This document shows positions 24,401 to 32,275 of a DNA stretch of 64,000 bases, one piece after another. The stretch comes from a virus, in the IMG/VR virus record IMGVR_UViG_3300030060_004280, positions 32,001-96,000 of that record, one strand, 5' to 3'. Position 1 is the stretch's first letter, and each line of letters starts with the position of its first letter. The position numbers and the translations under genes are program-made. Below the pieces are notes generated by a model. The model did no database searches. It was not told the origin of the DNA and saw only the letters and a list, made by a program, of their open reading frames with translations.

Positions 24401-27400
24401 TGCTGATGTTTTGACAATATGTTCTGTTTGGCGAGAAGGTCTTGAATAGTTATTATTAGGTGATGTAGCGTAACCCTCATCCATCAAATACCATGAAGCA
24501 TGCGCGTAAGCGCCTTCTGTATAGACTGACTTTCCTGCTTCGCTATGGAAATGATAATCAACACCACCAACTGCTTGAACAGGAGCCGTAACCGGGTTTT
24601 TTGCTCTATCTTTGTTTTGAGTAGCAAATCCTGCCGCTACATCTAATCCGTTTATTATTGGAGTTTTTGCGCTTGTTTGAACTTGCATATGTAAATCATG
24701 AAACGCGATAAACTCACGGTCGTGCGCAACATCATAAAGCAATACTCGCGCATGCTGTTCTGTGCTAAGATACGGGTCGAGATACGCTACAATTGGTGGA
24801 TTGTTAGTATGACCGAGTTCAGTCCAATTCAACTCAATGGTTTTATTGACATGTTGCACAAAGTTACGAGCAGTTTCAATGCAGGTGTTACCAATCAAGA
24901 AGTTTTCAAGAGGTAATGTTTCTCGCGCTTCAATACCTAAGTTGCCTTTACCACCATTAAAGCCCGTCCATACTTCATATTCATTTAGAACACCGCGCGA
25001 TTTTGCAAACAGCCCTTCGATAGCATGAGGGTTAGTATAATGCATATTCATCCAAACAGTATCACCATATCGTAATCCTCCCGGCGCGTATGGATGATTC
25101 CATGTTTTGTTAACTGTGCCATCGGATATTTTGTAAATATTGTTGCTAATTGAAGTAATAGTAAAAACATCGCCCGCAGATACAGCACCGCCTCCTGTTA
25201 GAATACTACATACATTAACCTCCATCGTGGCTGTATCGTAAGTAACATCGACTTGTTCACCTGTCAATTCATTTACTGCTTTGTAAAAATAACTTGCGGG
25301 TAATTCACCTTTAGGTAAATCACCTTTGAAAGTTGTAATAAATGGACCTGCACCACTTACTGATAAAGCAGTAATTTTAGCACATCCCGATTCAATACGC
25401 GCAAGATGAGGGTTAGCAAGTGGCCCTGCTTTGAACTCAACAGCGCTAACATATTGACGCAACCCATAGTCAATGTTGCCTCCTTGAGTTTGCACATTTG
25501 CGCGGTCATAATAAAACGGACGACGATATTCTTGAGCAGAAGTTAGGGTGTTATGTGTGGTATCAGTATCGAGAGGTTTGAAAATCTTGTATGGTTGTTG
25601 ACCGATTGTTAATATTGAGCCTTTTCTAATAGATGAAAAGAAATCAACACTATGATTACCCGGAGTTGTTAACAGTCTAATTCGCTTATTGATTCTGTCT
25701 TGATTAGAAGGGTCGTTTAACATAGCATAATAACACCATTCTCCATTATCAAGAATTACTTTTCTCACCCAATTTTCATAATTACTACCGGCATTGCGAA
25801 CATTTCCTCCCGCGCTTGGGTCGCTACTTGGTATTCTTTCTATTCCTTCTGCAATGTTAAGAATGACAGCATACCTGTTTCCAATGACACCGCCCATCGA
25901 CCCTGCAATAGCGCGAGTAGGCTCATTATTATACCATCTTTCATAATAAGAGCCGAATACTGTTTTGTCAACAGCAGGTAATCCTCTTGACCTTCGACCG
26001 ACAGGACTTGGACTCCATGTATGTGCGGTCATAGTAGCGTCAAGATGTATCTTCATGCTGTTATCGGGACCCGGAAATATATTCTGTTCCCTATTTTCAA
26101 AAAATTGATTTGGGAATAACGGTATTTCTGTAAGAGCGCGCGTCGAAGCGTATTGAGAACCAAGTTGATAATCATGAGATATTGTGCCTAATGATTGAAA
26201 CAATCTATCATTGACTGTTGTTCCATCTTCACATATACTTTGAGTATCGAAAAGAGGGTCAAGAACTAATTGGCTACCTATTTTTAATGCGTTAGCACTC
26301 ACAAAATCGTTAAATGAATCATGCTCATTACCGCTTGAAGCGATAAAACTACCCGATGATGTTAAACCCGTAGCAGTATCAAATGTGAATGTTGTTCCTG
26401 TTCTTGATTTGTATTCAGCATTAGCGCCGTTTAGTAAATGTATTCTGCCTGTTGGGGGAAAACAATATGTTCCCCAAGATGCAAGATTTGCTGATTTATT
26501 ATTCAAAGGTTGAACTGTTATTGTTCCTGCGGCTGTGTCTATACCTGTCACTTCAACTGCGCAATTTCTGCGAGTGTTCCAACCTACGCGCGATAAAGGC
26601 GACGGGTCCCATGAAGGTTTTGTGTTGATAGCGCCTTGACCTGCACCACCAAGAGTTACTGATACAACAGGTGCGCCCGGTTGTATTTCTTTTACGATGT
26701 GGGAATCCGGTGAACCGTCACCTGTGTATGTTACTGATTGGTCGGAAACATCGTCCATCAATCCACGCGCTCTCATGACTAATTCTCTTGAACCCTTATT
26801 GTCTGCTACTTGAAACGAGTTAATTCTGCCTTGACCTTGTATGTATTCAATGGTAGCGTAAGTGTGGTCTGCTGAATTATCTTTAGAGCCTACAACCCTT
26901 GATAGTTGCATAGTTCTGTTTTTGCGCGAAGGGTGAACTATTACATGATGAAAACTGCCTTCAATATAATTATCAATAATGTCAAACACTTCAAATGCCG
27001 CGCCTTGTTGAGATGCGGTCTGTTCTGCCACTTGATGAGAAATAGTTGTTCCTCCCGATGGTGGGCTGTTTTCGGGTTTTTCAATAGGTTTTAGAATTAA
27101 TTTGTTATAGACAGAAGGGTGTTTTACTTCTTCGTTTGCTCCATCAATAGCAAGAGGAATAGTGTTTGGTAAATCAGTTGCAAGAGCCGGAGTGTAATTG
27201 GCAGGTATTCTTGATTCGTTTAAGTTGTATTCCTTATCCGAACCGCCTGTATTATCTCCAACCAATCTATGCGCAATCATTACAGTTGATGATTCACCAA
27301 TCACATCGGATGAAAATGTAACAATACCTCCCGGCGCGTGTATGATAGCGTTAGAGGTATTAGCGATATGATGAGCAACGGTGTTACCATCAAGGCGCGT

Positions 27401-29299
27401 GTTAGCGCTTGGAATTGTTTTTTCGATTAACAAACAAGGATTACTCACACCCATTTTATTACCAACTAAATCTATTGCCTTGTAATGTATCTCAACATAC
27501 GGACAAGATGTAATTGTTGACACCTCCATAATAGCAACGCGCGAAGTGTCTTCGGGTATCATATGAAGAGTATGAGCAGGGTCGCCGGATTGAACATCAT
27601 TAAACCCATGACCCTTTAGCAAAAATGGTTTAATGTTATCAACACCGATAGCAATAACTCCATCTTGATTTGTAGCACCTATTGCCGACATTCCATTGCG
27701 AACTACATCGGTAACAGTAGCGCTTGTTGTTACTGAATGTATTGCTCCATAAAGAGCCATTTGTGTTAATGATATTTTTGAATTAATAGGGAGTTGGTCT
27801 TTAATACCTAAATTAGCCGCAGGGAAATGAACTCTCATGTTGTCTGCAAGACCATCAATAGTGCGCGTAATAACATGTTCTGTTGACGGCGGTAGCATTC
27901 TTAGGAAATGATGCCCTTCGCCATAATTGTAAAAGTGACGACCGCTATGACCTCTTTTGAACTCATCATTGATAATCCAATTACCCGAAGAAACCGTAAA
28001 TGGATTTCCGCTTTCATTCACAGAACATTGTCGAGAATAGATGAAACCATGAAAGTCATTTCCACTTTCATCAATAACCATCGCGCCTGTTCTATCAATT
28101 GCTTGACTTGCCATACCCGCCATTTGATGTGGTTTTCCGGTTTGACTGTCAATTAGCAAGTCCGAGCGAATAAGAACTATTGTGCTGTCAAGCGCTAATT
28201 GGTCTGTTGTATCATATGCGCTTCTTGCATGTAATACACCTCTCGCGCCATATGTGTCATCTGCATTGAAATCAAGATGAACGCTGTTAACAGTAATAGT
28301 TCCTGTATCACTAAGGCTAACCAAACGCACTCTTTCCGGTGGTTTGTTGTTTGGTAAGCGAGTCATAACATCTGTGCCTGTTGGATTAATCAAAAGATTC
28401 CAAGAACGATGAGGAATGCTAACTACCTGCTTACCATTTGGATGACCTGTATTCATAGCGCGATAATTACCAAGAGATTCGGGTGTGTATGTTCCTGTAA
28501 ATGAATCACTCTTACCGCTAATTATGCGATACAAAGTTTGAACTTGTGTGGTATCAAGAGTAATTGTTGTTGAACCCGCGCTAAGCGCGCTTTTAATGTG
28601 AAAGATTTCCGAATCGACTTCAATAGGTTCTTCAAATCTCCATAGACCTATTGTTCCCGCTTCTTTTGTCAAAGGTAATGCTCGCAAGTCTGTCGTTGGA
28701 ACTCCCTTTTTCCAATGAATACTCTCGATATATCCTCTATATTCCCCACCTTTACCACCAATGTAAAAGTCTTGAGTATTGATAGAAATAGAATATTTTT
28801 TGTTTAATTTTTCGTAAGCGATAAGTTCACCGTTAATATACAATCTCAATTGATTTTCGCTAAACGCGCCGATAATATGATACAATTCACGCTGTTCTGT
28901 ATTCAACCCAACATTGTTTGAAATAAAAGACCCTGCATTTGTTGGATAGTTATTCGCGCTTTGAACTGAAAATGACACTCCTTCTTGAGTATGAATTGTG
29001 AATATAGCGGGAGCAGGTGCGCCAACGCTACCCATTCTTAATTCAAACACTCCGTCTTTACTTGCAATGATACCGCCGCAATCGGGAGAAACCCATGCCT
29101 CTAAGGAAAACTTACCAAGTGATTGCATTGAAGTTTTCATTTGTCTATGATTATCGCCGTCTTGAAGGACATGAGATGAAGTGCGCGCACCATCTGCTAA
29201 TTGATGCCCTGTGTGGATAAATCCACCTTGAGGGCAAATGACGCTATCATTAACACCGTTGAAAAATAAAGCATTGCTTGATGCGCCGAATACTGCCAT
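12413..29299 (-). CDS. giant (about 5630 aa) tail/adhesion protein with N-terminal LamG/concanavalin-like domain
   Basis: Single uninterrupted 16.9-kb ORF. LamG-like 'FSLEAWV..YHIIGAF..LRLYING..FYIGG..YRGYIESI'. Internal GxGY beta repeats. Lies in the tail module. Confidence 0.85.
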   Translation of the reverse strand: MAVFGASSNALFFNGVNDSVICPQGGFIHTGHQLADGARTSSHVLQDGDNHRQMKTSMQSLGKFSLEAWVSPDCGGIIASKDGVFELRMGSVGAPAPAIFTIHTQEGVSFSVQSANNYPTNAGSFISNNVGLNTEQRELYHIIGAFSENQLRLYINGELIAYEKLNKKYSISINTQDFYIGGKGGEYRGYIESIHWKKGVPTTDLRALPLTKEAGTIGLWRFEEPIEVDSEIFHIKSALSAGSTTITLDTTQVQTLYRIISGKSDSFTGTYTPESLGNYRAMNTGHPNGKQVVSIPHRSWNLLINPTGTDVMTRLPNNKPPERVRLVSLSDTGTITVNSVHLDFNADDTYGARGVLHARSAYDTTDQLALDSTIVLIRSDLLIDSQTGKPHQMAGMASQAIDRTGAMVIDESGNDFHGFIYSRQCSVNESGNPFTVSSGNWIINDEFKRGHSGRHFYNYGEGHHFLRMLPPSTEHVITRTIDGLADNMRVHFPAANLGIKDQLPINSKISLTQMALYGAIHSVTTSATVTDVVRNGMSAIGATNQDGVIAIGVDNIKPFLLKGHGFNDVQSGDPAHTLHMIPEDTSRVAIMEVSTITSCPYVEIHYKAIDLVGNKMGVSNPCLLIEKTIPSANTRLDGNTVAHHIANTSNAIIHAPGGIVTFSSDVIGESSTVMIAHRLVGDNTGGSDKEYNLNESRIPANYTPALATDLPNTIPLAIDGANEEVKHPSVYNKLILKPIEKPENSPPSGGTTISHQVAEQTASQQGAAFEVFDIIDNYIEGSFHHVIVHPSRKNRTMQLSRVVGSKDNSADHTYATIEYIQGQGRINSFQVADNKGSRELVMRARGLMDDVSDQSVTYTGDGSPDSHIVKEIQPGAPVVSVTLGGAGQGAINTKPSWDPSPLSRVGWNTRRNCAVEVTGIDTAAGTITVQPLNNKSANLASWGTYCFPPTGRIHLLNGANAEYKSRTGTTFTFDTATGLTSSGSFIASSGNEHDSFNDFVSANALKIGSQLVLDPLFDTQSICEDGTTVNDRLFQSLGTISHDYQLGSQYASTRALTEIPLFPNQFFENREQNIFPGPDNSMKIHLDATMTAHTWSPSPVGRRSRGLPAVDKTVFGSYYERWYNNEPTRAIAGSMGGVIGNRYAVILNIAEGIERIPSSDPSAGGNVRNAGSNYENWVRKVILDNGEWCYYAMLNDPSNQDRINKRIRLLTTPGNHSVDFFSSIRKGSILTIGQQPYKIFKPLDTDTTHNTLTSAQEYRRPFYYDRANVQTQGGNIDYGLRQYVSAVEFKAGPLANPHLARIESGCAKITALSVSGAGPFITTFKGDLPKGELPASYFYKAVNELTGEQVDVTYDTATMEVNVCSILTGGGAVSAGDVFTITSISNNIYKISDGTVNKTWNHPYAPGGLRYGDTVWMNMHYTNPHAIEGLFAKSRGVLNEYEVWTGFNGGKGNLGIEARETLPLENFLIGNTCIETARNFVQHVNKTIELNWTELGHTNNPPIVAYLDPYLSTEQHARVLLYDVAHDREFIAFHDLHMQVQTSAKTPIINGLDVAAGFATQNKDRAKNPVTAPVQAVGGVDYHFHSEAGKSVYTEGAYAHASWYLMDEGYATSPNNNYSRPSRQTEHIVKTSAITSTEHDRVEPSSVDVSAANIRHAENMLAEESAKIRSNAADAYNFNSTFFDTPDGTRVIPAFLCMKGKRGSNLNLASHYEPALQHLPHWYAMDFARRLTIDFGEVGIKDGVTDIEAAAKEVVRLINQAGAINGRSSQRRPSDQYAAEGERFDINRRAVSASGDDTFEPSDPTSAHHHADFATTGGTHDPSPFWDDSAFTSYNRGSHMGYLRAHIGRVVEDIDGNEGYSIVIHSTVPGASGRNFCVWLDNSKGQSEYRPQYLVGHGGRFRNYYCAPPDIAGENMHPAPMPIDKNGKPFAPITTLREYVSLDEELGDVTNSQNLGYDVNYNTNSVGESSPNGGGTPNTEATTGRNSNTINMESFEDGNSKMTVREGLQTGTRAVGRINFGGLVASGVPGFAPDAGKWGFGAEGDSTSRFQKIYGSHVGTGNALYSIYDSYVPHTDATDDAIGNAPLYGFKITDHRGKNHIIRMVYRTCGESFTHKNTKLPPTIDEEIVIYIDDRDVAQGGFTLGNRMWGVGGSGTPVENQVSVSSSSVRAWRGNTWRGIRTHNTGYAVTVKDSKMFERTSGITNTAQLSIHVTGSGIAAGTYNLVNISGANQGSGASITVTVSGGGVVNGISAIVSAGSGYAKDDILGLEGTNAQVKVDSLGILSGFAYPNSLWLTKDGGPNSNPTGVGNQNTGIWHELPEGADLDVLGWLGFPDSGLIWVACADGPTNYASGAAHVGRVFHYTGRTHNAYNGEHGFFGLTGVDANTLPSAMFPNVAQQGPMSSSDAQAPVIISPHLNQTTIVTDELLAAAVAHAFTIDPNNEDGEDFDCSDLYAPDGRKYSEWLGDNAETAIKIKAFNSKKEVTPLHHLFNIDLLHDYGIQASSSQTAPRASIIGSNPQPHMGGLTQTERNAGMMFDGGYLPKTVLQINTKYYGHNANTATPILIDSNNNPVDTSEWKKHLRGEKFTRFEGDHITPALDNLPFGIAPPLSGGLVHTSLYAAWSAGTGYITEVQYKLENISGSGVGAEVTMDKEGQGGRFRYGNPFRGVGEVTKIGHSYSIGNNAYIYNYSLIVRGQVNLISSKPFGYLALNQGYGYTVGNHATTGGSGNGAVVKITAIKNGALGTSAINNAGTGYASGDTVTQSSSTGSGIDASVFIQGTIGGGQVDGYLFTNTGSGHATGDVITFTGGSGSGFKLTAVIIRDGVIAELDETPVSAGNGYSAEQILTISGGTNGKVKINEVATGTGYDSSVTYTLTGGSGSNAQIQVNTDGDGGITSVAEIMDWGTNHYLNGETLAVSGGGNDASLLVSKVNNARVVIQEITGYAKVFVDDGTEIPRQRIRCNNGWVGQTYRAGPLGREYAWTHRYGAVTSDNYTHTTAATDTFGGAHDISWVEPKTLYYADESILVYPVKDCFLMKTEDGSENWTEPLQGQYPKGIKSNYMTIYSQEFKTDDHARFSGLRLSGNTIGEPLTYFRGAHDSVDHSVPLYFGGGFSGATMDINDGARIDYTTHNEHPYASGPTGCAGMQNIGEKMGSFALLDSAAMFAMFPGTPLCDQMRGSTVPPFANQDAILATDMDGNANSHTGVGATYTNVKVVKPSPIILRFAHPYARYTDSNNSVAYVIFGPGQAAPKHWKGESQSMETSTEPSGKWTVAAKTYAVSNGSTSFIFSAHTDTGHLLPNELHNGTLDSAANQLLPPTDAYGANNVYPGKAFRHWETPLGFANSNYNQTLFNYSRNVSNHFGSPSSVDSAAPPTAHPYSHYQALTRFFGKGITVNPDKINRLIFHLDGGYSPGGSWFDNTIRKNPPHPTTGATVASSQTLTWNSQPIITGLNATMFRVGAAVATGYDTNADTTPPLDTFVIDATRCQNSEELGAIVAAAINTWPGPANLKAIGGSFLPSFQDAQRQDRYSWVQLHQEITSYDDVEGVITLNTTNPFDTMPSTLPANGWVRVSNGTNAFYGYYSHRSDGAFILGNNFRSGANKLEDPTVATGASSVVAAMNTAALGGYQVYVWSKSGNLRWDNGFQTAAVNLRSDSATTVSSEADIVHNRTLSVFDHLAATQVHFNGVTDAIDRTRAVGAVGWHGERYSYLNSLTITDNGPKVAAGLGAWLPASGFNPYGPSQSCHTVNSIQMTIVPADGGIENALYQIVPTVSAHPATSRVHQRHYIAISYEGDLPIIAKASRNGQSTCGDMLSLKWSSSDMGGTVVAYHNERFNNDRYNAESNAGPHVEALHESTSTIPTDGAPLAQTSQSTQASLFQMETCLFPTGDLFYDADHNPGLKNYSIGDTGEVLFDNKRLVNQNTGYTSYGDHLADVLNYPVGRSAARNFFVEHVVWKRMSGGNLSLPAPNARGLGAIPWQVHKVGGNYVKFGETIYGNTRFSFETTNNVMFPIVQAQELAHPSLAQQYPYEIRNALAIPNEELQFEQMVVVDDTGQTHTLAGGSPLGVVIRDYKLVSDRESSGLSPALTNSGLAPNMKIQLPNHDEIPSNILVRSGFDRLQAYQNETMGDGGLQHPAQPSASVLNAFTNDGKTPTTAPYWEQLGYERISNNPNTFPDSQFGLDEDNLLKTAYEPHDRALYFHITKMGYSHTEREPLGIVNGVMTHNPLTVHTIGSNFLKCNEQITVPQAWLQNPTRDGRYFLSVNGTIATFESYVNDGDFAVLNNVVYAPDFTAIAGDTIKPSYYIPAGTTRHFAARRLRDHAEVSGNSPDKPLTDWAGVANSASPATAVRAANKLTPMPLPRMGHHYVTPTMAIMPGHLAHPTYRQITASNNMCNGSTISAEEAAGYANVEQHADTLVWFSGVTSPHPPSDIHGDGFTLMTETKIRFDGYGIADDSAECNAVGGHKIALEIGTNYNTSWNFPDPLEVGAYQIVIQPNLFSQQVMGNSANTVFGSTNAPVDSSGVAQTTKPLLTDQLIATVVSLQWDGVSHRYDLILSEATMADVRGCEIYLNELMLDIDPSTREQFTNVPLLGLQNPFGINASSSGAFTRRSLPYHPNMFRRTTPGPTITVPWWSVAYDQSTVFSGNKWMQTSYYHPDDYYLFCRATLGGVGSQLTMTGYPTHYLDVYTEYLTSLTPTCVIKRVDQSGTKLYVDNNALFPLVGSDYKNHKLAIEGTDGVVYHISYTNRGYISDPDAGENTTVFVGVVATPYVWSKLAENQTVRLTGPSATILEGEVYSKSDRSVATRNLPQLLTGTRDTNSAHTADAYLCLWHYNLGRPMTWFSDSTSNRASANNPSYDHAPYNHLPEHFETVHYQDFIYAMSDGPFKFRMRAWDGPGDALVNTWTDAANYPHQAGTDSMSSPRQYHYGAFWPGGHRFGAQMSDLTLYGTACIGWGGKDGTIQISGNEQGFIIAETDPTSLTDSIVGVETKRRVGVGYRVSVRQPYNRPKWAIKGGQGLRDPYASYHFNLDGPFVSQETGSGSTFTESDSASGVSEAPYTASYTGILERHTNASALIGSDLKGQQVRYSQGRRMTKSFGCALRNIVNPTTGFRLFHADTPAGLEGTDVVNQRVSLALAQAHYMVDWWGNTTGEEVRRFPVRGFGIRPSWDPEDAYHSTDRTVSDEAMIAQRSNIGAALAVNDFYNPATAKRVGDRGDGRGARWPTVFNEDLLQSVDTPLRPTGLVLSHHTSEPPFTSGYIRASNDTLQNYEVPRGISNRLEISSDDGLIKPSATMGSNTATTETGFLPANESIQEPISRTAPRIGLDAPIIGTTDKKYGIIGTEAVSLHTDRAVGQRFILAGGVKTTDRTLSDYDMTAMNMSTNKQVMRFGQTHGIPVIGGSYILEVSSYIDPISDLGWGRAGADANNRSSNPYQTTANNPISTKTNVIDKSIKFLVKPVRVLDHKHIEIFRTDKGNFRSATAAGRYGIFTYDAPNAKANLAETTFLRATNPSPTNAPYPPVYLFDVAGSETTPLSFGPKLPGFEAPSFTLSLKQPVARMTVSSNTLQHYRGDASRRQSVKEDDEIFLSDNYSIQPRFTQLLYPGDKQNTALHTSESNRTDNELD

Positions 29300-29300
29300 A

Positions 29301-30500
29301 TCAAAGCCCCACAATCATATCAATTGGTTGGAATGTGACGCTACCCTCATAGATGTTATTTCCTGCGTCATATCCAAAGTTCATTCCTACAACAGTTCCG
29401 CGAATACCTGTGAACTTGTCAGTAACATTGAAATCTGTTCCGAACTCATTGTAATTTCCAATACTGCTTTGCTCTTCGATAGAGCGCGCACCGGACACGA
29501 TTAATAAGTTGCGTGTGACATATCCATCATTTGAAGTAACATTGTTTGTTTTTTGGACGAGAGAATTGTAAGGGATTTGAATACCGACAATGTAATCACC
29601 GGAACGGTCAGCAATAGAAAATGATGTATCAAGGCCATGTTCATCACTTTCGTTATCCAACCCAACATCAATAAGCGCGCCCGACACACCGGCAAGATTC
29701 GCATTACCTATCGCCGCGATAAGGTCTTGAAGTTTATCACCCGCGCTTTTACAATTATGCAATGTTCCACCACCAAACAATTCAAACTTGGGTTTAGCGA
29801 GAGTGCCACCATCACTCCAAAAATTAGGAGTAGCGTTGTTTCCATCCGGCCCTAATTCGACTGATGTTATTGTAAGTTTTGAACTGCCCGTCGATGCGAT
29901 AGAACCTACACCTACTGATATTGATAGCGCGTTTAGTATTGTATCACTTGTTGAACCTGTGCTTGTTAACTGAACATTGAATGATTGATTTTGATTAAAA
30001 GCGGCAACTACTCTTGCCGCAAGTTGCGCGCCCGTTGTTACAGATTGAATACCGACTGTCAATATGGGTGACCCTGTGGCATATGTATGACTTGTTGTAT
30101 CTTTATCAAACTTAATTGTAATAGGAGCGCGAACTCGACTTTTGTTTGTGTATGCTGTTGCAAGTTCAAATGTTTTATTGTCTAAATTAGCAACGGTTAT
30201 AGCGCCACCGTCACCGTCCATAAAGAAGTCATTACCTCCACCCGATGCATCAGCGCTTAGGCCAAAATCAATAGTGCAGAAAGCCGCATCTTGTTGAAAT
30301 GATGTTGCCGAGCAATCATCATCTCTCAATATACAGTCGATTTGAATATCACATTGAACCGTATTTATGTCAATGGCTAACCTTTCTGCAAGAATAGGAA
30401 TAGGTATTACCGGAACTGAACGAGATACGCTTAGCGTGTATGATGTAGCGTCAAGTTCAATCACTTGGTCGTCTTGTCTAATGAGTCTAATTCTTGACAT
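29301..30500 (-). CDS. distal-tail (Dit-like) protein with insertion
   Basis: Immediately after the tape measure. Tube-like beta pattern at both ends ('IELDATSYTLSVSR', 'IRGTVVGMNFGYDAG..YEGSVTF'). Confidence 0.55.
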   Translation of the reverse strand: MSRIRLIRQDDQVIELDATSYTLSVSRSVPVIPIPILAERLAIDINTVQCDIQIDCILRDDDCSATSFQQDAAFCTIDFGLSADASGGGNDFFMDGDGGAITVANLDNKTFELATAYTNKSRVRAPITIKFDKDTTSHTYATGSPILTVGIQSVTTGAQLAARVVAAFNQNQSFNVQLTSTGSTSDTILNALSISVGVGSIASTGSSKLTITSVELGPDGNNATPNFWSDGGTLAKPKFELFGGGTLHNCKSAGDKLQDLIAAIGNANLAGVSGALIDVGLDNESDEHGLDTSFSIADRSGDYIVGIQIPYNSLVQKTNNVTSNDGYVTRNLLIVSGARSIEEQSSIGNYNEFGTDFNVTDKFTGIRGTVVGMNFGYDAGNNIYEGSVTFQPIDMIVGL

Positions 30501-32263
30501 TACAACGCACCTCTCCTGTTACCATATCCTCTTCCGCTACGATTCATTTCTTCACGGATGGCTTCACCGATTTCGCGAGCAAGAGCGCGTTTATCGGTTC
30601 TGTCTGTAACGCCACCAACATTAACATTTATTGTTATTGGTCCTCCGCCCAATCCTAAACCTATACCCTGCGGATTGTTTTTCTTAGTTAGCGGTATAAC
30701 AGCCTCCGGCCCATCCTCACCGATTAGCGCGTTCGTGGGTTTGTCAACTATACCACCTTTCGCTAATTTCACTTTAGGTATTTTTGGTAGTCCAAACTTC
30801 TTACCACCAATCTTCGGAACCCACTTAGGAATCTTGATTTTCATTTTCTTAGCGAGCCAATTATAACCTTTTATGAATACATTGACTACACCTTCGGCAG
30901 ACTTCTTGGCTACCCTAATTATACGACTCGGCACACCAACAAGCCATGCTAATATTCCTTTCCAACCACCACTTAATGCGACTGTAAAAGAAATGTATAA
31001 GTCCATGAGAACATCATAAACAACTTTGAAAGGGGTTATGAGTATAATTGCTATTGTTGCTACAATACCGTATATTACTGCAATAACTACTGAAATTGCT
31101 CCTAAGATTACTGCAACAATACCTGCTAAAATAGCAACAAACCACTCACCAATAAAGACTAATCCCGCCCATATTGCTTCTCCTATGGCTATACCTATCG
31201 CTTTTACTTCGTCCCAATATTTGATAACAAGAGCAACTATAAAAATTACAAGCGCGGTTATTGCAACTGCGGGCCATGCTATAACACCAAGAATTGCTAA
31301 ACCAACTGCAATTGCCGCCGCACTTATTGCACCAACAAGCCATCCTAACCATCCGTCAATCTTACCTGTAATAAAAGCCCAAAGACCAACAATACCACCG
31401 ATAACAAGACCAATACCAAGTAAAAATGTTCCAATTAGGAAAGTCCAACTGTTCGCCATCGCCGCCGCCGTCACACCACCTGCGGCAATTACCGCTTTCA
31501 ATGTCAAAAATAAACCGATAAGAACTGCCGCCGTAGCCGCCGCCGCCGCAAATGCGGCAGTTGTGCTACCTGTTTCTTTCTTAACAAGTTGAAATGCTCC
31601 CGCTACAAGAATTAAACTTCCCGAAATTAAAGCGGCTTTAGCGCCAAACAAAAACCAAATAGGTAATGCTACTATTAGCGCGGCTGTAACAATGTTCAAC
31701 GCACCATAGAAACCGCCTTCGCCTTCACCCGTCATTGCTAAGATTAACCCCTGCAACGCTTGGTCTGCCCCCCACACTCCATCTGTGTATGAAAGTAAAG
31801 GACTTTCAGCACCACTAAACGCAATTGATACTGCGGCAATAGCAAATGCAACAAGTAAGAATATCGAAAGAATACCGAATACACTCATAGTTAATCTTCG
31901 CCATAGTGATACTCCGTTCTTTACCATCTTGTTTTGCATTTTACCATAAGCGGTAGCGGTCACCATTGTCGCCATTAATTTAGTTAATCCTGTTGCGTTT
32001 TTCTCATATTCTGCTCTTTGCTCATCTGTTAAGTTTGTCGCTTGTGTCTGCAATACATGGAATGTTTTGAGTTGTTTTCCAACACCCAAAATTGATTTTC
32101 CAAATTGAACTATTGGATTCTTTTTGAAAGCCGCTTGTAACTTACTTTGTTGCTTTTCTAAAATACCTGCGGTTTTACCATACGCGTTTCCGATGACACC
32201 CAACTCTTGTAGCGATGTTTTCAAATCAGCAAAGTCTTTTGCGAGTGCTTGAACATCGGACAT
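30500..32263 (-). CDS. tail tape measure protein
   Basis: Ala/Gly/Ile-rich hydrophobic helices with periodic Trp. C-terminal 'LAKGGIVDKPTNALIGEDGPEAVIPL'. Follows the chaperone pair. Confidence 0.9.
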   Translation of the reverse strand: MSDVQALAKDFADLKTSLQELGVIGNAYGKTAGILEKQQSKLQAAFKKNPIVQFGKSILGVGKQLKTFHVLQTQATNLTDEQRAEYEKNATGLTKLMATMVTATAYGKMQNKMVKNGVSLWRRLTMSVFGILSIFLLVAFAIAAVSIAFSGAESPLLSYTDGVWGADQALQGLILAMTGEGEGGFYGALNIVTAALIVALPIWFLFGAKAALISGSLILVAGAFQLVKKETGSTTAAFAAAAATAAVLIGLFLTLKAVIAAGGVTAAAMANSWTFLIGTFLLGIGLVIGGIVGLWAFITGKIDGWLGWLVGAISAAAIAVGLAILGVIAWPAVAITALVIFIVALVIKYWDEVKAIGIAIGEAIWAGLVFIGEWFVAILAGIVAVILGAISVVIAVIYGIVATIAIILITPFKVVYDVLMDLYISFTVALSGGWKGILAWLVGVPSRIIRVAKKSAEGVVNVFIKGYNWLAKKMKIKIPKWVPKIGGKKFGLPKIPKVKLAKGGIVDKPTNALIGEDGPEAVIPLTKKNNPQGIGLGLGGGPITINVNVGGVTDRTDKRALAREIGEAIREEMNRSGRGYGNRRGAL

Positions 32264-32275
32264 TTATCTCTCTCC

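Noticed and set aside
12413-29299. Diversity-generating retroelement target or stop-codon recoding
   Set aside because: No reverse transcriptase or TR/VR pair seen. Very long ORFs in the standard code, with all three stop codons used, argue against recoding.
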